DNA of 63,993 bases, counting the filler, from Catajapyx aquilonaris (taxonomy: Eukaryota): assembly GCA_000934665.2 (NCBI GenBank). It is 3 parts of 3 records of this genome, joined end to end, with 100 filler letters (N's around TTAATTAATTAA, not from the genome) between each part and the next. Parts side by side here need not be neighbours in the genome. Positions count along the whole stretch, not along the records: positions 1 to 21,291 come from JYFJ02006097.1; 2 more parts are not named here. The stretch is one strand, 5' to 3'. The notes beneath the pieces are model-generated. The model saw nothing but the letters and a program-made list of their open reading frames with translations, was not told the origin of the DNA and did not search any database. Below are positions 1-11,460 of this stretch, one piece after another (the stretch's first letter is position 1; every line of letters begins with the position of its first letter). The translations under genes and the position numbers were made by a program.

Positions 1-389
1 TACAGAACGCGCCCCGTCATTGTTGTAAAATGCTTCGCTGTTGTTAGCAACCGTCCCATTCCGTGAGCAAGATAGCGGCCGGGGCGCGTATTTATTCCAG
101 GTCGCTCAAGTCGCTTTGTACATGGCAGTGATGCCACCAGGTCGGAATTATCTGTCACCCGAATTCGGCACATGAAGGCCCCCCTTCTCCACCTCGATGG
201 CCTACAGCCGCCTTCCGAATGCTTTCCGTCGTGTCCGCGGTTAATTCAAAGTCAAATTCCTCATATCTCGCTGTCAACCAGGCATTTCAGTGTACCCTTT
301 CGATTGGCACCACCCGGCCGGGGCATTTTTCCCGCCAATTTTGAAGGCACTTTTAAATGTGCCGTAATTTATCCAGTAATGTCATTTTG

Positions 390-483
390 ATGCAACAAAG
401 TGATGGAATGTATGTTTACAGGCATGGGCTAGCTAGTTATGAACAAAAATCACAAATCCCAGACCAAGGCTACTTCCCCATTG
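390..483. repeat. Dispersed repeat (probable DNA-transposon end), second copy at 42783-42877
   Basis: GATGCAACAAAGTGATGGAATGTATGTTTAC...AGGCTACTTCCCCATTG recurs nearly identically at the very start of the third assembly piece. Confidence 0.8.
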
Positions 484-593
484 GTGCCCTCAGACGCGTC
501 AGGCGGACTGTTTAGTTGCTAGGTGGCGTTGTTCCACGCGCCACCTAGCAACTAAACAGTCCACTTACCTAGCTTGATGCGTTTGAGCGGACC
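483..593. repeat. Short palindromic (hairpin) element
   Basis: GGACTGTTTAGTTGCTAGGTGGCG (505-528) pairs perfectly with CGCCACCTAGCAACTAAACAGTCC (539-562); imperfect outer arms extend to 483/593. Confidence 0.75.
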
Positions 594-884
594 CGTTCCT
601 TGTCTATTGACCCCCCTCTAGATGGCGTTTCCGGACACAGGATCCTATATGAAATATGTTTGTCTTGGTCCCCTCTATTACCCCTTGAAGTTTGTAGGTT
701 GAATTCATTAACTCTCTGTTTTAGAATTTTTTGACAACAGTATCTTGTCCTGAGACCTCAGGTGATCCTGAAGGACATGCCCACAGCATTGACTTGAAAA
801 AACTACTAACTCACATTCTAATTTTCATGTGTTAATAAGTTATATTTTTATTGAATCTTGTCATTAACAACTGCTTTATTCTAG

Positions 885-3800
885 GGCTGCAGCCATGACG
901 CTTCGTACGGTTCTGCTATCCCTGCAAGCTTTATTGGCAGCTGCCGAGCCAGATGATCCACAGGATGCCGTGGTTGCCAAACAATACAAGGAGAACTATG
1001 AGCTCTTTAAGCAGACGGCAAGGCATTGGACAAACATCTACGCCGGAGGTAAAGACACACTTTAAAAAGTGGGAATGCCCTTTGTTGAGGTGGGAACTCT
1101 AGGCCAATTGAGGAATAACTGCGATCTTCAAAGTGGTTGTTTGAAAATTTTTAAAATCTTCACCTAAATTAGCCTTGAAAATGATTTTTGAAAGTATTTT
1201 GATTGGCAATTTGTTCATGATTGTTGCATGCCTTAAAAGAAAATAATAAAACATACCTCTTCAATGAATATGCAATATTTCAAATTGCTGCACATTATGC
1301 TTCTCCCAGTCAGTATTAAAAAGTGATTTCTTGATGGTAGGCAACAGCTTTTTTAAAATCTCAGTTTCACTGTGGGTAATTTACGTGCTTTTTGTTCAAT
1401 GCAATCCTAAGTAACACCTCATGAAAATTAAATTATGAAGTTGAATGGTGACTTTTCTTTCCCTGAACTTGAATTTGTTTCAGCAGCCATTGCCTTGGCT
1501 TAGTTGATACCTGCTGCCACCTAAGTTTTAAAAATATGCAATGTGCAAGAGGCCAAGTAATCGAATTATTATATTGTACCTAACAACCAACCACCACATC
1601 CGTCCATGTTCAAATGTAGAGTTAATGATCTGTTTACTTCTCTTTTTTAACACATTGTTTTCTGTACTTCAATTGGCTGATAGGTTAGTTACAAGCACAA
1701 CCAACCTGACATTTGGGGAAAATTCAGTTGTTTATTAAGATGAGGTAAATTATTTTTCATCTGCAGATCTAATAGGAATGGGGTATGTTACGTCACACCA
1801 ATCACTAGGGATTAGGATATTAAAATTTTTTAATCTGCTCTTGAAAAGTCAGGGAAGCCCCCTGACACTCATACCCCAACCTTATGGAGGCCACCATGAG
1901 TTTAGTTGCTCTCCCTCATCGAGGTGGGGTTTCCGATTTGGTGCTGGTGTTGCTCCACAGTTCATAAGGTGGTTCCAGCAGACGACTTTTCGAATATGCT
2001 CCAAATTCAAATGCAGTGCAAATTAAAATTCATACTATTGTACCTTACCCAAATCCTGTAGTCTAAGCGCACCCCCCCAAAAAAGGAGGGGTGGGGTAGT
2101 AACCAAAATGTGACAAAAAATATCACTTTTTTGGGGGCTACGGGATTTTGGTGAGGTAGTATTGTTATACAGGGTGGTAGGTAAATGGCGCACAAGCTTC
2201 AGGTAGCGAGATTCGTTGTGAAAAACCAGTATGTGGAAGTGAAGGTCATATTGCTCTACGAGGCCTGGTTAGGGCTCACGAGGCCTCCAAAGTTTGGGCC
2301 AAATCATGACGTCACATCCGCCCGCGAAATTCAAACACTACCGTATCGCTACTGTCTGTGATTTCGTTGCCAGGGATTGCCATGTTGACATCCCCCACAT
2401 TTCCACCCTACAATGGTACCGTATAAACTGGCCGGGACGTTGCCAGGCATTGCCATACCTTCGTCGCCGCGTGCCGGGCAACGTCCATATGAGTTCATAC
2501 GGTTCCATTGTAGGGTGGAAATGTGGGGAATGTCAACATGGCAACCCCTGGCAACGAAATCACAGACAGTAGCGATACGGTAGTGTTTGAATTTCGCGGG
2601 CGGATGTGACGTCATGATTTGGCCCAAACTTTGGAGGCCTCGTGAGCCCTAACCAGGCCTCGTAGAGCAATATGACCTTCACTTCCACATACTGGTTTTT
2701 CACAACGAATCTCGCTACCTGAAGTTTGTGCGCCCTTTACCGACCACCCTGTATATTTAATTTTATAACATTTATTGTAGTAAGTTGTTAACTGAATTCA
2801 TAACCACTGCAGCTGGATCCAGAGCATGTTTGCAGAGTCATCCGCCGGAACTGCCTTAGGAACTGTGGAAGGACACCACTGCCAAATCAGAAACCTCACC
2901 TTGGTGGGGGAGAAGAACAACTAATCTCACGCAAAAGGGGAATGATCTCCTAAAATGAGGAATCAGGCTATAGTTATGTGGATCAGTAACAATACAAGCG
3001 CCTCAAAAAATATGCCATTTTTGTTAATGATAATTAGGGTATATCTGAAAATATGTATTTCCTCCATTTCCGCATTTCATAATGTGTGTGGCATTTTCAT
3101 AATATATCATGTAAGATACTGTTTCCTGAAGGTTCCTTTGTGCTTCCTTTTTTTGGGTAGCCTAGGGTAGGAAGGAGGGCAATGATGCCATGAAACAAGT
3201 CTTGATGTTTAGTTACATTTTTTAGAGGAAAGTAACCTGATGGTTATTATTAAACCTGTACAACATGCCTGGATTCTTTGACTAATCACATTGCAAATAC
3301 AGTAAAATCTCGATATAATGCTCCCGCATTATTATAATGTCAAAAAGGCACATCATGAGTTCGTAGGAGGGTTGAATTTCACCCTGCCGGCTGAGGTTTG
3401 GTTGGGCGAGTGATGCGGAAAAGGCAGGGAGACTCTGCTGAGCTGATAGGCTTGCTGAGTCCTGGCACAATGTGGCATGAGACCCACGGGGGAAGGGCAG
3501 GGTAGACTCACCAGCAGGTTGGCAGTATAGGAGCGATGAGCAATTGACAACAAGCAATGAATAACAGGACATTTTCCCCCATACACCTTTGAGGTACAAG
3601 TATGAGGGCCATTGTGGGATGGTGTAAGGAGATGGGCCTTGTCGCCAAGTGTTAAACGTCAACGTTGTGGGGAGGTGGCTTATGTGAACTATGACCCTGG
3701 TCATTCACTATTGTTTTGGGTGCTTCAGTGGATATTGTCAGAGTTTACGTGGTACGTGGGCAGGTCAGTTCAGGTTAACATGATTTATAAGCATCCATAT

Positions 3801-4149
3801 ACGAGCGTACTTATCAACAGTGAAGGCATTCATTTCCTGAGAGAAGGGTGGGTTAAATTGCATTTCTCTCATATAATGAATTCCTGCTTATAACTCTACT
3901 TTTGGTCAGTCTCTTGAAGAGCATTATATCACAATTTTACTGTATTGTCAAGTATTGCACCAGGCTCTGAAGGGAAACAAGTAGTTAATGATTTTGTCCT
4001 TTCTTTTTTCAGGACCATGCATCATTGCTGACTTTGATGCAAAAGTTAAGCGTCTGACTGACATGGGTGTAGATGAGAACAAGGCCAGAAGCGCTCTCTC
4101 ATCAAACAACTGGGACATAGAGAGGGCAACTGAGCAAATTTTCAGTTAG
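885..4149 (+). CDS. UBE2K: Ubiquitin-conjugating enzyme E2 K (HIP2/E2-25K), last two exons; 5' part lies outside the window
   Basis: Exon 885-1048 encodes AAAMTLRTVLLSLQALLAAAEPDDPQDAVVAKQYKENYELFKQTARHWTNIYAG (UBC C-terminus, nearly identical to UBE2K). Exon 4013-4149 encodes GPCIIADFDAKVKRLTDMGVDENKARSALSSNNWDIERATEQIFS* (UBA domain). GT-AG boundaries, phase-1 join. Confidence 0.96.
2170..2751. mobile_element. Fold-back Tc1/mariner-type MITE (582-bp near-perfect palindrome)
   Basis: TA|CAGGGTGG...CCACCCTG|TA termini with TA TSD; ~280-bp arms are reverse complements around a ~25-bp centre near 2460. Confidence 0.9.
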
Positions 4150-4824
4150 CAAATTATCTACCGAGCTTAAAACTTTCCCAACCTTTTTTTTACCCATTCC
4201 ACAGTTCCCATGCCAAAATGGCACACTTCCATGATTATCAATTTGGAATTGCAATTTTGAGATTCTAACATCATGATGTTGACGTCAAATGCGATATAAG
4301 TATTTAAGACAAATTTTCGCGTAACTTCACATTTTCTTTTGAAAGCAAACGGCATATGATATGGTGCATTTTGAAATCTGATCAATGATTTCTTGGTTGT
4401 ATATACGTTCATACATGATTGATTGTCATGTGACGCTAAATAAAAAAGTGATAATAGTCATCAAGTTTTACAGATAATGGAACAAAGCATTTTTATTTCT
4501 CCATCACATTAGTTTCATTATGACCATGACTGACAGCATGAAATATGTATTACCTCACATGTTGCACCATGGTATAAAACAAGGCATACCCTGGAATGGG
4601 GCCAGAGACGACCTAACTCTGGACAAGAGGAAGGGGGAATGCCGGGCTTGGGGTCGAACCCGGGACCATGGGCACTTGCTTTACTGCACAGGTTTATTTG
4701 AAGAAAGTGCTCAGATGTGCAATCAACAACAGCATTGAAGCAGTGATTACTGATTACCATACATTTTCAAAGATTCCCAGTATTCCATGATTAGTTGCAG
4801 TGGCAACAATGATTCTTGAAACAA

Positions 4825-4940
4825 TGGGTGGAATTTTCGTCCCATGCACTGCTAGTTCCTGCTAACTTAGCAGTACCATATGTTTGGCAGTGGTACTGCT
4901 AAGTTAGCAGTAACTAGCAGTGAGACGAAAATTCCACCCA
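4825..4940. mobile_element. Palindromic MITE, short member of the family at 34986-35273
   Basis: TIR TGGGTGGAATTTTCGTC / GACGAAAATTCCACCCA; internal ACTGCTAAGTTAGCAGT palindromes. Confidence 0.75.
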
Positions 4941-5309
4941 AGGTCTTCCTGTCAGTGGCGGATCCAGGAATTTTTTCTGGGGGAGGCCCAAGGGTATAGG
5001 TTGGGGTGGGGGTGATCAGGGCCTGCTGCATGCGAAATTTTTTCGGTTCAAGGTCCTCGCGACCCCAAATTTGGAGTCACGACTGCAAAATTGCACTGTT
5101 CTAGAGGGTTTTTGCGAGTCTTCCACCTGGTTTTTTTATTTTATTTTTTTTCCCCCCCTCTGCGGGAGCTATTTGGGGGGGGGGGGGGGGGNGGGGGGGG
5201 GCACTGCTTCCTATGATTGTTCGTTTGATTAAGAAGGAGCCAAAGCAACTATCAATCTGGCTATCAGAAGATACAAAGGTGGGACATATTATGGAAACAT
5301 AAATGAAGA

Positions 5310-6545
5310 CACATCACTACCGCAAGCAATCGCTGACATGTAGCTTCTTGAATAGCTTTAGATAGGATCTGCCACAGAGCCTTCTTATGAGTGATCATTG
5401 GCAGGGTTCCAGCTTCCCAGGACCCCAATGATAATAGCGTCTATGCCCTATGGTGACCCTTCTGAAGTTGGGCCGGAAATGGTCAGCAATGGCTGCGTAC
5501 TTCTTCCCTAGTTCTCCTTAAGTCTTCAGTGCTCCACCAATGCCTCCGGATGGTTCTCAAAAGGAGTGGTGATGTCAATAATCATTAGTGAATCTGCACC
5601 CTGAGAGATGACCAGGTCCAGCCGTAAGGGGGTACCCCGGAACCACAGTCTCGTCACAAGATATGATGGAGTGCTTGTAACCAGCTGCCTTCTTCAAGTG
5701 CTCCATAATTGCATCATGTCATCATCAGTGTATGCTGAAATGGGCATGCAGTGGCAGACTGCATGCGATAAGGTCTCAATTTGTCCGCCACATCTGCATT
5801 TTTCAGCAGTCTGGTCAGTCCATGGCTGGGTTGAAGGGGAGCAATCCCAAGGCGAGCCGGATGGATGAAGCGCCAGTCTGCGAAGCGGGTGAACTGACCC
5901 CTGGCAAGGAAATGGTTGGAGCTGGAGATGAGAGCTACGATCTCCATCACCTTCCGCAGTCTGGGCAGGTCTCTTGCAGCCACTGTGTCCTCTGTTGCTC
6001 GCCCATCCTCCTCAGAGTTGCCACCACCTTCCTCCTCATACTTGGCAGGACCTTGATCTCTCCCCGAGCCAAGGCCCGTTCGAAAAGGACCACTTTATCT
6101 GGTTTCTGGTCGACGCCACTCTCGTGGAGGTCCACAGGTTGGATCTCATGTTGGTGTCCAGTCTGTACAGTCCATCATTTCTGCCTGACAGAAATTCAGC
6201 AGCATCCAACTCACTCCTCTCACCACCAAGGCTGCCACACAGTTGTCATCAGGTTATCAAAGGCAGCGTGGGCCAGGGCCACCTTGTCTTCCGGGGAGGT
6301 CAGCAATAATGTCAAGTCAATTACTAGCAGATTCGACTCTTCAGCAGCCACAGGAATCCCGCACGCACCAGCCCGGCACGCGCCATACAAGTATTCATTT
6401 GCAGCTCTGGTTGGCAGGACCAGGGTCCTCTTGATGAAGGGGAATAACTCGCAGTCCATCTCAGCCTATGACATCGTAGGGAGCAAGCCCATATGCATGG
6501 GGTACACCATAGCTGGGTACACAAATGTTCTCTGTGCATTTTTTG
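5310..6545 (-). mobile_element. Degenerate 5'-truncated non-LTR retrotransposon, NeSL/Utopia-like (RT C-terminal region plus restriction-like endonuclease)
   Basis: Minus-strand translation across stops and frameshifts gives RTFVYPAMVYPM, IKRTLVLPTRAANEYLYG..GACGIPVAAEES, SNHFLARGQFTRFADWRFIHPARL, PLRLDLVISQ...IIDITTPFEN (RLE PD..D motif), DAIIIGVLGSWNPAND and LCGRSYLKLFKKL.VSD, which are NeSL-clade signatures. Confidence 0.85.
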
Positions 6546-6639
6546 AATGGCCCCGTTAGTGAGAACACATCCTTCATTCCAAGACCTGACCGTTTACTCA
6601 ACTCAGTGTCTATCAAGTGCCAACTGGCCAACAATGCAT

Positions 6640-7010
6640 CTCCCCACTTTTGGTGGTGGGCAACCTGTCAGGACCACCCCCAGTCCGTAAGCTGAGGAGT
6701 CGGTGGTGAGGGTCAATCACTTCTGCGAAAAGGGCCTTATAGCCCATTTGCTGCGCCATGGTGTGCTCCACGGAATCTCTCTTGTACCCTTCTCTGGATG
6801 CCTTTCCCAAACTGCTGAAGAGTAAAGGAAACTCAGCTTGTAAGTTGAGGACCAGGTCACTAGTAGCGACCTCTGCCAGAAATTGAAGTAGGGATAGTCC
6901 CTGAACGGCAGGTCGACCCAGCAGAGCTGGCTCTTACCCATTGATGACGAAGATCTCTTCTCTATGAGTCCTGTCCTTCCATGTAATGATCTCCACCAAG
7001 CATCCCTGAT
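6640..7010 (-). mobile_element. Ty3/gypsy LTR-retrotransposon pol relic (protease end, RT and RNase H fragments)
   Basis: Minus strand: EEIFVING*EPALLGRPAVQGLSLL...EFPLLFSSLGK (retropepsin C-terminus/RT start), SVEHTMAQQMGYKALF (RT 'xEHTLAQLxGAKxF'), LTTDSSAYGLGVVL (RNase H DAS.YGLGAVL). Confidence 0.7.
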
Positions 7011-7215
7011 GCCTGTAGTTGCTTCTTGTCGGATCCGTACCCCGTATTTGATACCCCATCAAAAAGGGGCATGAATGAGGTGGGGTTGGGGATGAAGGGG
7101 TCAGATATTCTGGAGGAAAAACACATGGCTGTTCAGTTTTTTCCTGGGCCAACTCTATCTGAATTCCTCTTTTTACACATCCAATCAGAATATCTGTGTC
7201 GATTATAAGCTATAA

Positions 7216-7520
7216 TAATAATAATAGATACCCCATTATCAGCCCTTTGGGCTTTATTAGGGGGGGATTTCTCCCAATTTTTTTGTCTGGAACTCTTTCC
7301 ATTTTTACTATACTTTTTCATCGAAATTGAGGCAAGGATAGGTAAGGAAGGAAGCGGCTGTGGCCTATAATATTACGGTAACGACCCCGGAATTATCCTG
7401 CGATGACCATGGGAAACCACAGAAAACCATGATCAGGGTCGCCGGCCTCCGGGATTCGAACCCAGGACCTCCCGATTAGCAGTCGGACACCATACCACTC
7501 CACCACTACTGCTTCGGTTA
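7216..7520 (-). mobile_element. tRNA-derived SINE family A (Lm1-like body)
   Basis: Reverse complement has box A (GGTGGAGTGG) and box B (GGTTCGAATCCC), GGTTTTCTGTGGTTTCCC...GGCCACAGCCGCTTCCTTCC core and (ATT)n tail; 14-bp TSD ATTATAAGCTATAA (7202-7215, 7521-7534); homologous to 41189-41490. Confidence 0.88.
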
Positions 7521-7702
7521 ATTATAAGCTATAAGAGAAGCAGGTAGTCTATCACAGATAGTGACGAACTTTGGCTTATTGTAACTTATAAGGTCTATTT
7601 TAAGACATATCGAGTTTCGAGTGTATGGAAGGGAAATTTTTACAAACAAACACACTTCCTAAAATACTGTATATTGTACCCCTACCTTTACCAGCACCCC
7701 AA

Positions 7703-9746
7703 CATACCCGGGCAATGCTGGGTAACCTGCTAGTATATCATAAATGGATACAGCGGCATTGGCGTTACCTGGCAACTGGGCATGTTCTTACACCATCACA
7801 TGCGGAGGTCGCTTAGTGTTCTTTCTATTGCTGCCACTGTTTACAGAGAGAGAATGATGCTGGGCGACATAGCAACGTGTTCGCACGCTTAATGCATAGA
7901 ATCAGAATAAGTGGACTGATGGGATATTATTAATTTTTGAGAAAGCGCTTTGTTATTATCACAGAATCATCACTTATTCCCACGATGATGGAGTTACGGA
8001 ATGGCCGGAAAGATGAGAGGGATGTTCTAATAGTGGGTTGCTATGTGTGGTTGTTATTACGGTATTATGTTGATGTTGATCATGACTGGGAAATAAATGT
8101 TATTCTTAAAACGTTCTGAGAGTCAGACCTGCATCTCACAAGATGAAGAAAGCCAACATTTCAGAGGTGACCCGAGGTATGATTGTAGGGTCGTGGCAGT
8201 GTGGAAAAAGTGCCCATGAGATATCAGAAGCTCTGTAGGTGACAGAACAGAATGTCCATCACTGGGTCGAGGTGTAGAGCAAGAGGAAAGATGGCCTGCA
8301 AGATCATCGAAAGACGGGCAAGGTGGGAAGACCTTTTCCCAGCAGGATGCCGCCATCGTCACTCACATGGACAAAGACCCATTCCAGCCATCTGACATGA
8401 TATTGGAGACCATGGATCTGGAGGTTAGAGTGAATGGTACAATGGTACGGAGGCGACTCCACGAGGGTGGCATCCACTGCCGACGACCCGCGATGACCCT
8501 CAAGCTCATCCCGCAACACCAGGAACAACGGGTGGGATTCGCCTTGGAACACCTGCCTCGCCCAGACGACTTCTGGAATCGTGTCATCTGGATGGATGAG
8601 GTGTTCCTGTCATCTGCAAATGGGCGTTGCCATGTGTGCAGCCGGACGACAAGCGGCTGGATCCGTGCTACACTCTGCCTCACGAACGAGCTGGTAGGAT
8701 CATCATCGGCTTCTGGGGGTGGATGACCGCAGACGGAGTTGGTGAACTGGTCGAGAATTCACCCCGAATGAATTCCACAGAGTATGTGGCAGTCTTGGAG
8801 GAGTGCATGCTGCCGTCAGTTCAGACCCTCTACCCCGAGGAGGACATGCCCACAATCCACCTCATTCAGGACAACAGCTCTGTCCACAACTCACGAGAGA
8901 CGACTGCCTGACTGGACAAGCACACTGAAATCGACCGCATACCCTGGCCTGCGAAGTCACCGGACCTCAACTGCATTGAGAACATCTGTGGCCTGATGGT
9001 GCGGCAGTGGAGGCCGGGACAGGAGAGGACCAGGCTTTGTGACGACATGTTCACCAGGTTTGGGAGTCTCACAGGAGGCGCCCAGAAGTCAGCCAAAACA
9101 TCGCGGCAAGCGTGCCGCAGCAACTGGACGTGGTCATCAGCGGCGTGGGTCATCCGACCCGCTACTGAAGATGACCTCTCTTCACACTATTTCTTTGGGT
9201 TGGACCCACCAGCGGTATGAACAGTCACCTCCACATGGTGTGCCTTGGAAACATTTCCTATGAAACAGCTAAACAACTCTGACAGTAATTCAGAACGAAA
9301 ATGTGTCTCTTACCCAACAACCCACCCTCTTTCACACTCTCTCACCCACCCACTACTCCCCTTTCACCTGTTCCACTGGCCTTGATTGGGAGTGGATGAC
9401 ATTCAATGTGGACCTTCCATATTAAATTGGCAAACAGGAGCATACCAGACTCCTTCCCGATCATGCAGTAACTCCAACCTGACTCATGCTGGAAAGTGAT
9501 GATAGTGTAATAAAAATAAAGTGCCTTCTCAAAATAATATCCCCTCCCGCTTATTCTGATGCCATGCATTAGTAAGCACGCACACCGGTCGCTAGGTCGC
9601 CCAGCATCAATCGCTACCTGTAAACAGTGGCAACAATAGAAAGAACACTGAGCACTCTCCATATGCCGATGTCCAAACACACCCAGTTGCCAGGTAATGC
9701 CAAAGCCGTTGTTTACACTTATGATATGCTATTATGCCCGGTACTG
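7703..9746 (+). mobile_element. Tc1-like DNA transposon with ~250-270-bp TIRs and disrupted DD35E transposase
   Basis: Diverged inverted repeats 7703-7975 / 9494-9746 (right end CCCGGTACTG|TA). Transposase pseudogene ~8150-9170 with VRRRLHEGGI, VIWMDE, FWGWMTADGVGEL, QDNSSVH...WPAKSPDLNCIEN; contains a frameshift and an in-frame TGA. Confidence 0.92.
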
Positions 9747-11306
9747 TACCAACATCACTCTTGTACATCCCAACAACAAGTCTTTTATTTCATGCTAATG
9801 GTGCTCCAGCTCTTTTCAACAGTTAACCTGCTACTTGCTCAAAACAAGCTGTAAAGAAATCAAATTCCACATTTGTTTCTTAATTTTGTATTCACACCTC
9901 TACAACCCTTGCTGTGGGCTAATTTTAAAAATGAATATTCTGGAAAGAAGACATCATAATAATCAAAATATTGCAGCTACAAAACTGAAACCAAGTCCAT
10001 GGAAAAAGGTTTGTAAAAAGGAAACTAATAAAAATACATGGACTTGGCTAGTTTTGGCTTGCTCCCAAATTCATACAAAAAAAATTTGTTGCAATTGTTT
10101 ATTTTGACAATGAAATAATGCTCATAATGTATATAATGGTCTAGGTGGTGGGGAGGAAATAGATTATGTTTATGGAGATGATGTGATGTTGGATGGCTTT
10201 ATTTTTACTTGTATTGTTGATCCTGCATGTACTTGGGAAATGGAATTGTGTTGCATGACACCAGCAAAGTTACATCGAAATTTTTATGAAAGATGTTTCT
10301 CAGACGAGTAATGACATTTTGCACTTTGTATCGTTTTTCCTTGAAATCATTTTTTCCTCGAACTGCTTAAACCCATTATTGATTTTGCAGTTCAACGCCT
10401 TCCACAGTACACGAAAATGGTAATTTTTTTCTATATTTTTGTCTCATTTTATAAACAACAACAACGACGTTATAGGTGGAGAGGGCCAGGTGACCCCAAA
10501 CAAAATGGCATATTAGTAAAAACAAGGTACAGTACACTTTCAAAAAGTTACAGTCAAGTAGCATCAACACTAAACACTTCTTTGTGAATAAACGCATTAA
10601 ATAACAAAAAAATACAATCATGACGAATCTGTTTGTCTTGCATTGGCGATACACACTTAAAACACAGGGAATGTAACTCATAAAAGAAAAACACAGATCA
10701 CAAAATGCGGTTTATAAACAGCGACTGGGTAGGCAAGCAATAATATAATAATTATATGATGATACTAACATAATAAGTCTAAATGAAATAATAATTATTG
10801 CAATATAACAGAATCGTACTGAAATATAGTAATCATAGTACTTAAATATAATAATAATAATCATCATACTGATACTATTAACTACTTTGAATGGTTCATA
10901 AGATTTAAAAAATTCAGTGTGAGAAAAAAAGGGGGCGAAATTATTATTTGTCCTGGTTCTGTACACGTATCTCCACCCCTCCCCACCATTGAAAATTTAT
11001 CCCTGGCATAAATTTCCACCCTCAAACACAGAGTCACTTTGAAGTCAGATTCATTTCCGCACTTTCCCTCGCCGTGTAGACAGGCCCTGGAGATAAATCA
11101 AATGGAACAATTAGAGGTCAAAATTACTGTGTAAAAAGTTTGCACACCACATGCTTTTTGCAAAATAAGCCCCATAAAAGAAATTGGCAAATGAACATCA
11201 GCAGCATTAATATAACACTCGGTTACCCATCATAGACCTGAGCCTCTTGATAACTTCTTTTAAATCAGTCTTTATTCAACTGCTGTGCTGGTGATAGATT
11301 TTGATA

Positions 11307-11460
11307 GTGAGAGGAAATGGGATAACCCTGAGAAACCCACGCAAACATGAAGAGAACCCCATTAAAACTATTTCCATGAGAAATTCATGTTCAATCTGTG
11401 GATTGAACTCAGGACCTGAGGTGGAAGGCTGTGGTGATAACCTCTACACCACCCTGCAGC
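11307..11460 (-). mobile_element. Degenerate tRNA-derived SINE (V-SINE-like core); related copy at ~47481-47610 (+)
   Basis: GGAAATGGGATAACCCTGAGAAACCCACGCAAACATGAAGAGAAC resembles the reversed V-domain core, followed by reversed box B (GGATTGAACTC) and box A. Confidence 0.55.

Noticed and set aside
2294..2627. Two near-identical 92-aa ORFs on opposite strands
   Set aside because: They are mirror images produced by the palindromic MITE and show no protein features.
3345..3890. GC-richer block with several short ORFs in the UBE2K intron
   Set aside because: No recognisable motifs, termini or splice-consistent frame; probably an old repeat but unsupported.
5732..6559. 275-aa plus-strand ORF
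   Set aside because: Antisense shadow of the degenerate NeSL/Utopia ORF on the minus strand.
7440..7518. tRNA-like sequences (also ~13750-13823, 20065-20140, 20933-21005, 41189-41262)
   Set aside because: Box A/B heads run into SINE bodies with tails and, in most cases, TSDs; no complete cloverleaf.
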